A stretch of 62,476 nt of DNA, filler included, from Stramenopiles sp. TOSAG23-6 (taxonomy: Eukaryota): assembly GCA_900128565.1 (NCBI GenBank). It is 30 parts of 30 records of this genome, joined end to end, with 100 filler letters (N's around TTAATTAATTAA, not from the genome) between each part and the next. Parts side by side here need not be neighbours in the genome. Positions count along the whole stretch, not along the records: positions 50,164 to 52,138 come from LT638409.1; positions 52,239 to 54,208 come from LT638410.1; positions 54,309 to 56,277 come from LT638411.1; positions 56,378 to 58,346 come from LT638412.1; positions 58,447 to 60,412 come from LT638413.1; positions 60,513 to 62,476 come from LT638414.1; 24 more parts are not named here. One strand, 5' to 3'. Of the stretch, positions 50,813-62,476 are shown one piece after another. The position numbers and the translations under genes are program-made. The notes beneath the pieces are model-generated. The model did no database searches, had not been told where the DNA came from, and worked only from the letters and a program-made list of their open reading frames with translations. How positions within the stretch are numbered: the first letter of the stretch is position 1; each line of letters begins with the position of its first letter.

Positions 50813-52088
50813 ACGAAAAAAAAAAAAAAAAAAAAAATTGAAATGAATTTTGAACTAAATTTTGAAAACGTACAAACAATTTGATGTTTTTGTTCTGAAA
50901 CTATAAATCGAAGAACAATACCCGGATACCATTCATTATCTTCCGGCCACAGTAATTCAACTTCTTTGCCTAATAACATCCTGATGTACATAGCTTTATT
51001 CAATGTATGTGTATTTGATATGCTCAATGAATCCACACTTTGATCGATTGAGAAATCAATCATTGGTTTGATAGGTTTTGAATTATTTCCCAATGCTGGC
51101 ATATTCTTATTATCAGAAATATTCTTATTATCAGAAATATTGTTTTTACTAATGATAGAATCAATATTACATTGGTTTGTAATTTGTGGAAACTTTGGAA
51201 AACGTTTTTGTTTCCATTCTAGAAGATTTTCTGATTTAGTTTCCTTTGCAAAACTAGTATTATTTCGTGAAATAGGCGATTCTATCTCTATAGTAGAATC
51301 ATTTGTTTCTTCAGCAGTAGTATTCATTGTTGACTCATTAATTGTAGTATTCATTGTTGACTCATTAATTGTAGTATTCATCGTTGACTCATTAATTGTA
51401 GAATTCATTGTTGACTCATTAATTGTAGTATTCATCGTTGACTCATTAATTGTAGTATTCATCGTTGACTCATTAATTGTAGAATTCATCGTTGACTCAT
51501 TTATTGTAGAATTCATTGTTGACTCATTAATTGTATTTATGGTTACAGCTGCAGCTAAAAAATCTTTTCCAAGTTTGTCCCATGAAAAGTCCATTGACTC
51601 ACANCCAGTATAATAATCTATAATTGCATCTAAACAACTGCGTGGCGCGTGTGATGTAGGATGTAATAAATTTGTCCCGTGCAATTTTGTATTTTTCATT
51701 GAACTCAACCGCTTTGAAATGTGTTCCTTCTCAATTTCATTCATTTCATTTTCAAATTTCTGAATTTCAGAATGTTTCATCAATTTCTTTGCATTTGACA
51801 AAGCAATTCGAATCGATTGATGTATACCATACAATCCACCAGGATAATCGTGTTCTGCACCAGGAGGTAACTGTGATAAAAATCGAGCTTCCAGTAACAA
51901 ACCTGGTCCAAAGTAGGGATATTTCAATCTGAGCATTTTCACGAGCTCAAGTCCAGCGGAAGTACATTTTAGTACAGCTAATAATCGACACATGTTCACC
52001 AGACAATTTAAATTTCCAGGGCTGATGCGCAGACCTTGAGTAAACGCATAGCGAGCAAGAGGAAAACGTTGTAGAGTGAAAGCAACAC
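50235..52088 (-). CDS. CABIN1/HIR3-like TPR protein with an inserted Tudor domain
   Basis: FPLARYAFTQGLRISPGNLNCL and SWDKLGKDFL resemble the CABIN1 N-terminus; Tudor GKEVELLWPEDNEWYPG...HQIV|YGNGDKE spans intron 50729-50873. Confidence 0.6.
51317..51535 (-). repeat. 27-nt coding minisatellite (T/S)TINESTMN, about 8 copies
   Basis: Seen directly in the sequence and ORF translation. Confidence 0.9.
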
Positions 52089-52238
52089 ATGTATTGTAAA
52101 AAAAATTAAATTCGAAATTTGTTAGGTACAAAATTTCGNNNNNNNNNNNNNNNNNNNNNNNNNNNNNNNNNNNNNNNNNNNNTTAATTAATTAANNNNNN
52201 NNNNNNNNNNNNNNNNNNNNNNNNNNNNNNNNNNNNNN

Positions 52239-52293
<55 letters not shown>

Positions 52294-52338
52294 CACAAAA
52301 ATTAAATTTTTTTTGACACATATTTTTAATACACACAG

Positions 52339-54024
52339 ATTACACGAATTCCCGCCTCATTTAAGAACTAGAACATTATTGAATTTACACAAAAGTCTAA
52401 TTTTACAAGTCCCCTTTTTTAATGAGTGTTTGTTTTCATTACTAAAAATGTTTTTTTTTTTTGGTTTTTTATAGTAAATTTTGTACCTAACAATTTTTTT
52501 TTTTTTGGTAAAATTTTTTTTGAAATATATTTTTTTTTCATAGTAAATTTTGTACCTAACAATTTTTTTTTTACAATATTTTTAAACAATGTAGGTGATG
52601 AAAGTTTCATTCGTGAAGTCGTAAATTGTCTTGAATTACAAGTTGCGTTACCTGGTACAACAATTTATAATTGTGGTGAAATTGGAGCAGATATGTAATT
52701 TATAACAAAATTGAATTTACGTTTGATTTTTTTTTTTTTTTTCATAGTAAATTTCATACCTAACAAAAAAAAAATTCAAAAAATGTAAAACAAAATTGAT
52801 TTTTTTTTTTCATACGAAATTTCATACCTAACCAAAACAAAAATTCAAAAATATTGTTTCACACTGAATGTATTTTGTTCAAAATGGATGTGTAAAATTA
52901 TTAGTCGGTCGAGCTCATCAAAATGTATGTTTTATTTTTTCTTTACACAAAAAATTCGATTTTTTTTTTTTGGTTTTATACGAAATTTTTACCTAACAAA
53001 TTTTCAAAAAATTTTTTTGAAATATTTTTCCAAAATACATCGCTCTTCATCACGTAAGCTTAACCCTAACCCTAAACATGATACAACGAATAACACAAAT
53101 GAAGATGAGTCTAGTTATGTGACAAATGAGGATACATCGTCGATTTCTATTGACTCTAGTATGTTTTTTTNAAANTNGAANTTTTTTTTTTTTNGNTTTT
53201 TTATAAAAATTTTGTACCTAACAAAATTATTTTTTTTTTTGAAAATATTTTTCTACAATACAAATTCAGATGATTTGTGGAATGTGAATACAAAAAAAGG
53301 AAATTCGTATCAAGCTCACACAAGTAAAAATAAAACAAATAAACAAAAAGTAAAAAAAGTTAAACGAAAATCGACATTAAATTATAGTACTAGTGTACAT
53401 GCAAAAGACAAAAATGGTACAAACAATAATACGAAAAAAAAAAGATATTCAGAAAAACGAAAACGTCAAAAGTATAAAAAAACAAATGTTTTTAGTGTGT
53501 TACGAGCAGGTGCATGTATGTTTTCAATGTTTTTGTTTCAAAATATGATGTTGCGTGTCTAACAAAAAAAAATTTAAAAAAAAATTTAAAAAAAAAAAAA
53601 AATTTAAAAAAAATTTAAAAAAAAAATTTAAAAAAAAAAACAAATATTTAAAAAAATAATATAACCCTAACCCTAATATACTTTTACAATACATATTTTG
53701 GTGAGGTTGAAGTTCTCCTTCGCAATGTTCGTCGAATTTGTTCTGCAGAAGCAGTCTCAATGACAGAATATTATGTACGTTTTTTTTTTTTAATTTATTT
53801 TTTGTACGAAATTTTGTACCTAACAATTTTATTTTGAAATTTTTTTTTCATACGAAATTTTGTACCTAACAATTTTTTTTTTGAAATTTATTTTTCAAAA
53901 TACATGGAATTCGACAACATCGGTTAAAACATATGCTTTTAAATTTTCCTGAAATTGCAACACAAATGAAATTCGAAGCCTTAACAAAAGTTCGTGATTT
54001 AATACGTTCGATTTATTGGAGAAT
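52339..54024 (+). CDS. Cyclic-nucleotide-binding (CNG/HCN/EAG-type) channel, C-linker and CNBD exons
   Basis: VPFFNE|CDESFIREVV...GEIGAD|MYFVQNG...LRAGA|YFGEVEVL...RRICSAEA; six complete introns (1 AG, 4 AT, 1 AA). Confidence 0.85.
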
Positions 54025-54308
54025 GTACGACAAATCTACACATTCATAAACCCTAACCCTAATTACACTTTATAACTCTACCCCAAAATTTTCTACCAAA
54101 ATTTTCAACCAAAAAAAAAAAAAAAAATTGTGGAGAATTTTTTTTTTTTTGGTTTCGTACGAAAATTTGTACCTAAAATATTTCAAGTTTTTTTTTTAAA
54201 TATTTTTTNNNNNNNNNNNNNNNNNNNNNNNNNNNNNNNNNNNNNNNNNNNNTTAATTAATTAANNNNNNNNNNNNNNNNNNNNNNNNNNNNNNNNNNNN
54301 NNNNNNNN

Positions 54309-54340
<32 letters not shown>

Positions 54341-54409
54341 TATGAAATTTTGTACCTAACAAAAAAAATTAATTTTTCAAAAAAAAAAAAAAAATATTTT
54401 TTCATAAAA

Positions 54410-55070
54410 AATGCTCTGAAATCCTGGGAAAAGTTGGTCCATAGTACGAAACAATACAAAGCAAAAACAACATGTGAAACAACAGAAAAACACAACCCTA
54501 ACCCAACTTTATGTAGTACTAACCCTAACCCTAATGAAAATATAAGAATTCATGTTGCTGATTTTTTGCCTTGGGTTCCTCAAGGAACATGTATATTTTA
54601 TTTAAATTTGAAATTTAAATTTTTATTTAAATTTGAAATTTAAATTTGAAATTTGAAATTTAAATTGAATTTTTTTTTTTTTTTTACGGAAAAAAAAAAA
54701 TTTTGTACCTAACAATTTTTTTTAGATTTTTTTTGAAATATTTTTCTAAAATACATGGGCAAGCGAACCGCCAACACCATGGTTACACAAAGTACCGATT
54801 ATTAGTGTTACAACAAATACAAATACAAATACAAACACGAAATCAAAAAAATCAGAAAAATCAGAAAAATCAAAAAAATCAAAAAAGTTTAAAAAGTCAA
54901 TTCATGTGGTTATTGATGGTGTTGCTTTTCAAAAACTCACAACGCATCGTGGAATAACTCGACTTTGGTCCTGCTTAATACCACGACTCTCGTATTGGTT
55001 AAATGAAAGAAATCATCGAATGACTATCTTACAAAGAACTGGTATGTCTCTCTTTATGTTTTGAATTTTG

Positions 55071-55102
<32 letters not shown>

Positions 55103-56146
55103 CGTAAAAATTTTTTTTTCAAAATTTTAAATTTATTATTTTTTTTTTTTTTTTTTTTTTGAAATCAGTTTTGTACATAACTATTTTTCTATCTAATATT
55201 TGTCCAACATGCAGCAGGGCTTTCTTCTGGTTTGAGAAAGTGGATACCTCAGACAGTATTGAATAAAAATAATGTAGAATTTAGAAGAGTTCCGCCATAT
55301 GATTCAAATAATCAACAAATTGATAATGACATGTACATTTTCATTATTTGAATTTTTTTTTTTTTTTTTTTAATTTTTTTCGTACGAAATTTTGTACCTA
55401 ACAAAATTTTGAATTTTTTTTTTTTTTTTTTTTTGAAATATTCTCATTGTACAATTTAATTTTTGAATCTTCACACCATACATGCTTTTTCGTGTATTTC
55501 GTGCAATCAAAGGTGATATTTTTATTAGTACACTGTATACAAGACCAATTTCTATTTCTGACATAAAAAATAGTAAACAGATAAGGGTTAGGGTTCCAAC
55601 GATTGCTCTTATTCATGATTTAATACCAGAGCAATTCAAGTGGGATATGACGTCATCCGAATGGTCCGCTAAAAAACGTGCAATTCAACTTGCAAACTCT
55701 GTGTAGGTATTAGGTACAAAATTGAAATTTTTTTTTCAAAATTGAAATTTTTTTTTTCAAAAATTTTTTTTTTTTCAAAATTTTTTTTTCATAGTAAAAT
55801 TTCCTACCTAACAATTTTTTTTTTTTCCAAAATACAGAATTACTGTGTCAAAAGCAACAAGACGATTATTATATGAATTTTATAGAGACGTGCCTGCGTT
55901 AAGTGCACATCCGACGACTACCATAAACACTCAAAACGATGTAAATAACAATGTAAATAACCCTAACCCTACCACAAACACTCAAAACCCTAACCCTAAA
56001 AATATTTCACATGAAAAAATACAGAAAAAAAGACTTTTTGTTCCAGTCATGGCTAATAAAGTGAATACAATATTTCGTCCAAAATCTCAATATACAATAC
56101 AAAAATTACGACAGAAAATTGGTTTACATCCTGAGAAACCCTATTG
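54410..56146 (+). CDS. GT4-type glycosyltransferase fragment
   Basis: DIFISTLY...IALIHDLIPE...KKRAIQLANS...TVSKATRRLL. Confidence 0.65.
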
Positions 56147-56207
56147 TACGTTTCTCATTCAAAAATTTCAGATTTTTTTTTTTTTTTTTTTTTTCATTCA
56201 AAAATTT

Positions 56208-56244
<37 letters not shown>

Positions 56245-56398
56245 TTTTTTTTTAAAAAAAAAATTTAATTTTTTTTTNNNNNNNNNNNNNNNNNNNNNNN
56301 NNNNNNNNNNNNNNNNNNNNNTTAATTAATTAANNNNNNNNNNNNNNNNNNNNNNNNNNNNNNNNNNNNNNNNNNNNTTTTTATTTTAATTTTTAATT

Positions 56399-56432
<34 letters not shown>

Positions 56433-56492
56433 AAATTTTGTACCTAATGATTTTTTTTTTAAGAAAATTTTGAAATATTTTTCATAATCCAT

Positions 56493-58226
56493 GTCAACGT
56501 AGGAAGTCTTTATGGGAAATATATCCACAATATCCTTTATTTTCAAGATTTTCTGAATGGCCAAAACGATCTGTACCTGTAGTAGGTTGTGGTAGTGCCC
56601 CACAGTCACCACCACAGCCACAGCAACTTATATGTAGTGTATGTTTAATTTTTTAATTTTTAAATTTGATTTTTTGTATGAATTTTTTTTTTTTGAAAAT
56701 TTTGTACCTAACAAATTTTTTTTTTATTGTAAATTTTGAAATATTTTTACAAAATACGGGCACCTCAAAAGATTACAAATGCATCGATTGTATGTATTTT
56801 TTGTAATGTCTGTCTTAGTCGTCTAATTACGATTGATTCTAGACGATTAATGTATGTTTTTTTTTTTTTTACAAAAAAATCAATTTTTTTTTTTCATTTT
56901 CAATTTCAATTTTTTTTTTTTTTTTTTTTGAAAATTTTATACTTTACAAAAAAAATAATTTTGAAATATTTTTTCATCTATATGTTCCATTTGATGCTAA
57001 ATTAGTAAATCTTGAAAATCCAAAAAGACTTTTATCTCCATTATTTTGTGTCGAAGCGCAGTGGCATATTGATCCTACGTTACATTCAGTCGATGGAAAA
57101 AGTTATAATAATAAAATTGCTACACGGTGGGTGATTAGCTGTGGTTATTGGGATAATCAATTTAGAGTCACTGAAACAAATTCAGGTAAAGTGGTACAAA
57201 CCTGCTCTGGTCATCGTAATGTAGTATCGTGTGTTGCTTTATCTGAAGATGGTGTTACATTAGTGACTGGTTCCGTTGATGCAAGTGTTATATACGTTTT
57301 AATTCTTGATTTTTTGGAATTAATTATTTGGGTTAGGGTTAGGGTTTGAAATATTTTTTTTTGAAATTTTTTTTTTTGTACCTAACAAAAACAACAAAAA
57401 CAAAAATTTAATATTTTTTTAAATTAAATGATTTGGAGTCCTATTTTAGTTCACTGTGCTGTAGATAATTTGCATAATTTAGTACCAAAAAAACCTAGAA
57501 AAACAATATTTGGACATCATGTACTTTTTCAATTAATCCTAACCCTAATTCTGTGTCGATATTTTTTTTCGTAGTAAATTTCGTACTTAACAAAAAAAAC
57601 AAAAAAATTTACTAAAAAAAAATATTTTCCTATACTACATGTAATGGTCAATTGTTGTGCAGTCAATGCACAATTAGGTATTGTCATTAGTGCAGATGAT
57701 GCTGGTGTAATTTTAATTCATAGACTTGAAAGTGCGATTTATATAAGAACAATTTTATGTTCAAAACCATGTACGTCTTCAATTTCAATTTCAATTTCAA
57801 TTTCGATTTTTTTTTTTTTTTTTTCGTAGATAATTTTGTACCTAACGATTTTAGTTTTTTTTTTTTTGAAAATATTTTCCAAAAATATATATTTATCTTC
57901 ATCGATTGGAGTGAAAACAGATTATACCATGAATAGTAATTCTGAATACTTACTATCACCTGCCTCTACTACATTTACTAGTCCAATCCGAACATCTTCG
58001 ATTTATACGTCATATAAAACTCAAAACAAAATAAATCAAATACCTATAGCTGTACATTGGATTAATATATCTCCAAATGGATATCTTGTTGCTTACTCTG
58101 GCGATAATTGCTCTCTCACAACGCATTCAATAAATGGTAAAAAATTAAAATATATAGAATTAAATGAACATTTGAATGCTTTACAACTGACAACAGATGG
58201 TCAAATGCTTCTCACAGGAGGGACAA
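56493..58226 (+). CDS. BEACH-protein (neurobeachin/NBEAL-type) C-terminal WD40 region
   Basis: ISCGYWDNQFRV...GHRNVVSCVALSEDGVTLVTGSVDASV|MIW...FGH...LGIVISADDAG. Confidence 0.75.
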
Positions 58227-58635
58227 ATATGTTTTAATTTTTTTAATTTTTTTTTTTTTTTTTAATTTTTAAATTTGAAATTGAATTTTTTTTTTTTTTT
58301 AAAATTTTTTACCTAAAAAATTTTTTTTTTTTTGTAAAAAAATTTTNNNNNNNNNNNNNNNNNNNNNNNNNNNNNNNNNNNNNNNNNNNNTTAATTAATT
58401 AANNNNNNNNNNNNNNNNNNNNNNNNNNNNNNNNNNNNNNNNNNNNCCTACTATATTTTTTTATTGATGGAATGATCAACGATTTTATTTTAAGCTGCAA
58501 AAAAAAACAATAAAGAATTTATAACGAAAATTTGATTTTATTTCAAAGATTATACCAATTAATTAACAAAGTACTACAAGTTGTATACAACGAACAGTAC
58601 AATTTCAAGTGTTGATTTCATTATACGAAATTATA

Positions 58636-59257
58636 TTATGGTTTTGGACTTTGAGCTTCCTTCTCAGCTTTCACTGATGATCGCGTTCGTCGTGTTGTTA
58701 TCCTTGAAGTATCAAGAATGGAAGAACCAGCCAAACCACGAGCACCTCTGTACTGTCTTAGATTAGATAGTCTCCCTATTCTAACTTCTGATTCACCAAC
58801 ATTTGTTTTTTTTCCAAAATATGTACCATTGCTATCCGTCGCTCGCATTCCGCGTATTTCGTGTAACAATGATAATGCTTCCTCATTTCGTTGAGTTGCT
58901 CCTACGTGGTCTAACAAACGTACACAACATTTATGAGCCTCATCAAGCATATGTCTATTTTTATAATAGGTCGCTAAAAACTCTAATGCTTCAACAGTAT
59001 CTTCACTTGGGGGCTCTGTGACACCGCCATCACCACTTTCCCCACCTCGCGCATAAATTGTGAACAATACGTAAAACAAAAACAAAATTTCATTAGGTAC
59101 GTCACTTTTTTCCAAAAAAAATGTAAATAAAAATTCATTATATAAAAGTACATTAAACCGTGAAATTTCACCTGAAATATGACGTTCAAATACTCTCGCA
59201 GCGAGTTGTTCATCATCATTCTTTACATATAATCTTGCCAACCGCATTAATGCTATA
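58636..59257 (-). CDS. CDC23: Anaphase-promoting complex subunit 8 (CDC23), C-terminal exons
   Basis: IALMRLARLY...EALEFLATYYK...EAHKCCVRLLD...EEALSLLHEIR. Confidence 0.65.
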
Positions 59258-59438
59258 TGGATTATGAAAAAATATAGTAGAAAAACACAAAATAATATTA
59301 AGAAGATATGAAAGAAATAGACGCTCATAGCAGATATTACGTAACTTTTGATACTTTCGATCACAAGGGAGGTGAACATATAAAATTCGAAATTTGATAA
59401 ATGTAGTACATATGGGGAAAGAGTTGAAAGCGCTTCGC

Positions 59439-60412
59439 TTACACTACACGAATTTGTTTTTTAGGTGTTGATTCGCCAAAAGAAATAGGACGCTTTCTAG
59501 TTCCATACTTTGGAGATGCAGCCTCTTCATCGGCAATACCTTTAGAGGAAGGAGTCGATGGTTCACTCTTAATTTGAAGAGTATCTTTTGTTTTGAGACT
59601 AGCTGATCTTGACCTTGGCTTACCTCTTAGANNNNNNNNNNNNNNNNNNNNNNNNNNNNNNNNNNNNNNNNNNNGTACCAGAAGACACACTACTACTTGT
59701 CTTTTTACGCTTCGTGTAATGTTTTGGCTTTCGTTTACCACATGTATGCCCACGTTTTCGACTTGGTCTTTCACACTGTAAACAAATAGGTGCCTTTTGT
59801 GGTGTTTTCTCAGTTTCCACTTTTATTTTAGATTTTATTTTTGATTCCGACACTGGACTTGGTTGATCGTTTACTGATCCATTCCGAATCGTTCTTTTAC
59901 TTGTACGCGAATTGTTACGTACAAATGGTTTGCTACGAGCAAACGATTTTTTAGGAGTATTAGCTTTCCGCGTTTTTGGTTTTGGTATAATAACCAACGG
60001 GGACAAGGACCTTCCACCAGATTCAAGTTGAAGTTTGTTTTTCTCCTTTTCTTTTCCTTTTTTTTTGTCATTTTTCATAGTCGATGCTAAAGCAAGTGGA
60101 TTTCCATACTTAACAAATGACTCAAACGGATCAACAAAGGGTAAAGGCACAGCACTAAGTCTTCCACTATTACTTCCTACTTGGATAGAATTCTTTTTCC
60201 AAACAGTTTCAGGAATATCATTGTTAAGTTTACCAAAAGCAGCATCCAAAAGGGTATTGTCTTCAGGATCAAATAGCCTAAGACTTTGACAATCATCATC
60301 CGTTGAGCCCATATGACAAATAGGATCGATGCTTTCTTCAATAGAAGGGAGCCTATATCTATGTTCTGGAGTAGAAGGAGTATCCTTTGGACTTGAACCA
60401 CCCCACCAAGAA
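59439..60412 (-). CDS. Basic low-complexity hypothetical protein, 3' part
   Basis: Long open frame either side of an internal N gap. Confidence 0.45.
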
Positions 60413-60512
60413 NNNNNNNNNNNNNNNNNNNNNNNNNNNNNNNNNNNNNNNNNNNNTTAATTAATTAANNNNNNNNNNNNNNNNNNNNNNNNNNNNNNNN
60501 NNNNNNNNNNNN

Positions 60513-60706
60513 AAGACGAAGAAGCAAAAGAAAAGTTTGACAAATCCATCGAAACTTGTCACGGTGACGTTAACGCAACCACCAAAGCATTTGAATCCCA
60601 GTTTGTTTCTGATTCGGGTGAAACACCTCCTGGTGCAGCCAGTGGTCTCGCTGCAATGGCCGCTACTCCATTTGTAATGGCAGTAGCATTTTCAATGTTT
60701 GCTTAA
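60513..60706 (+). CDS. C-terminus of a probable GPI-anchored protein
   Basis: ...PPGAASGLAAMAATPFVMAVAFSMFA*: small residues followed by a hydrophobic tail. Confidence 0.45.
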
Positions 60707-61076
60707 CTTTTCTTTGACGCCAAGAAAAGGACAATTGACAACAATTTCTGAGGAAGAATCCACTCAAAGCGTAATATTTACGTAATACTGTACCTTGTAT
60801 GAAAGAAATCAAGAGAACGTAAACAGAATATTTAACTTGCACATATAATAAAATATGATGTTTCACAATAATCTGATAATCGTATATATTAGTATTATTA
60901 TTTTCTCATGAACAGTCTTTCAATTTTTTTGTAATTAAATTTTTAAATTTCGAAAATGTTGATACGTTTTCCTAATTTGAAATTTGCTACTTTCGTTTTT
61001 GGCCGCGCCAAACAAACAAAATTATTGACTCTTATGTTTTCTAATAAATTCTATTTTTTTCAGTAACAATAGTATC

Positions 61077-62424
61077 ATGGATTTTTATGACGTAATTTTG
61101 TTCTTGGTATCTACTAAAGGGTATCAAACACTTACTATAATTCTATTGTGTGTAGCATATGTTATTTTTACTTTGAATCGTAGAGAAGATGCGAAGTTGC
61201 TAAAGGCTGAGCTGGCCTTGGAGAAAGTAGCAAGAGCAACATTGGCTTCTTCTGTACGTAATGACCTTGTTGACAGTAAACACGAGTACACCAAAGACGA
61301 AGAAGATAATGATATTGTCATCATTAGTAAATGTGACATAAATGATAAAAGTCAGTCATGTTTACAATCTGAACAAATAAAAGTGTGTCGCTCTTCCCTT
61401 TTTGCTCCCTTGTCGCGTAGAAAGGTGGTTGTACCAACTGATTTTGGTAATATTACAGTCGATATCGTTGGTAATCCTTCGACAGCGTCTCGTCGTTTCT
61501 TGGCGTACCATGATATTGGTATGAATGGTGAAAGTTGTTTTAACTCTTTTATCCAAGTATCTCATGGTGACGCGAGGTTCAGCTCGGGGGGAATTTGTTT
61601 CTATCTAGTAAATGCTCCTGGTCATGAAAAGGGTGCAACTACACAAAATGATAATTATCTATATCCTACTATTCCACAGTTGTCCTTACAACTAAAGCAA
61701 ATTTGCAAGACATTGAAAACGGGGCGTGTAATAGGATTAGGCGTCGGAATTGGCTCTCGTATTCTCTTAGAACTTGCGACAAGAGTAAGTCTGTCATCAA
61801 TTATTTCAAATTGTTTTTTACTCTATTTCGTACCTAACAGGTTTTTTTTACTGATTTTACACAACCCAGGATGAATATTCAGATGAGTGCGTTCCCAGTA
61901 TTTTTTCTGGTTTGATCATAGTTGGGCCAACACAGACCAAAGCTGGATATATGGAAAAGATAAGTAATTTCATCATTTCAAAACTTTTGCGAATATTTGG
62001 TCATGGCTATTTAACTACAACTAAAACAAATTCTGCGTTAGAAAAAGAATCATCAGTGCAATTGACAGAGAGTAGAAAAAGTCGTAGTTGGTTCGATGAA
62101 TTTATTTCACGACAACATTTTAGTCCAAGAGCAATGATGTATGTTTTATTTTTTTTCAATTTCGAATTTATTTTCATACGAAATTTTGTACCTAACAATT
62201 TTTAGTTTTTTTTTTTTGAAATATTTTTCCAAAATACAAAAGACAAACAGAATTAATTAATGACATGTGTGAAGCTGCAAAATCTATTCCATCAGTAAAT
62301 ATTTCTGGTTTTATTGAAACTTCTTATTGTAGAATGGATCTGTCGCCACAACAAAAATCAAGATTAAGAAAATTACGGCTCATGTGTATTGTTGGTACAC
62401 ATACAAATAACTTACGATGTCGAT
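61077..62424 (+). CDS. NDRG-family alpha/beta hydrolase with N-terminal TM segment
   Basis: LAYHDIGMNGESCFNSF, VNAPGHEKGA, YPTIPQL, VIGLGVGIGS; introns 61785-61869 (GT-AG) and one starting at 62139. Confidence 0.85.
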
Positions 62425-62476
62425 GTATGTTTTATTTTTTTTTTTAACAAAAAAATCGAATTTATTTTTCGTACGA

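Larger units (their letters stand above)
2104..62476. other. Dispersed family of non-canonical (mostly GT-AT) introns, several dozen copies
   Basis: Recurring GTAYGTTTT...TCGTACGAAATTTTGTACCTAAC...TTTGAAATATTTTTCCAAAATACAT blocks interrupt conserved ORFs in gene-sense orientation. Removing them restores frame and protein motifs. Confidence 0.9.

Noticed and set aside
6256-62198. Many short ORFs containing YEILYLT, FRTKFCT, LGTKF or KYFSKIH peptides as a protein family
   Set aside because: These are translations of the shared intron motif in different frames.
62139-62242. NDRG intron 2 as a firm GT-AA example
   Set aside because: An AG three bases downstream also preserves the frame, so it was counted as ambiguous.

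Overview
This window is not a continuous locus. It consists of 30 unrelated contigs of about 2 kb (lengths falling from 2003 to 1964 bp), joined by 100-nt spacers (44 N + TTAATTAATTAA + 44 N). The source is an AT-rich, flagellated microbial eukaryote; a stramenopile-like origin is my inference from gene content. The contigs carry fragments of ordinary eukaryotic genes: TMEM115, SIRT2-like, CDKAL1, CFAP45, IP3 receptor, dynamin, CAMK, PEX10, RIC1, CABIN1-like, a CNBD channel, NBEAL-type WD40, APC8, NDRG, ABCA, a TRF4/Cid1 nucleotidyltransferase and an EDM2-like methyltransferase. The main discovery is a dense family of about 95-200 nt introns with one stereotyped architecture: donor (AT)|GTAYGTTTT, a U-tract, the palindrome GTACGAAATTTYGTAC fused to a CTAAC branch-like motif, a TTTGAAATATTTTTCCAAAA hairpin, and an end usually reading ATACAT. 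Most of these introns do NOT end in AG. Of 37 junctions I rebuilt by reading frame and protein motifs, 26 end in AT, 3 in AA, 2 in TT, 5 in AG and 1 is ambiguous; a few appear to start with AT instead of GT. The intron ends are mutually complementary and often flanked by a duplicated AT. This suggests an introner-type (transposon-derived) invasion, spliced by machinery that no longer needs the 3' AG. All splice calls are inferred from DNA only. No rRNA, tRNA or CRISPR array was recognised.
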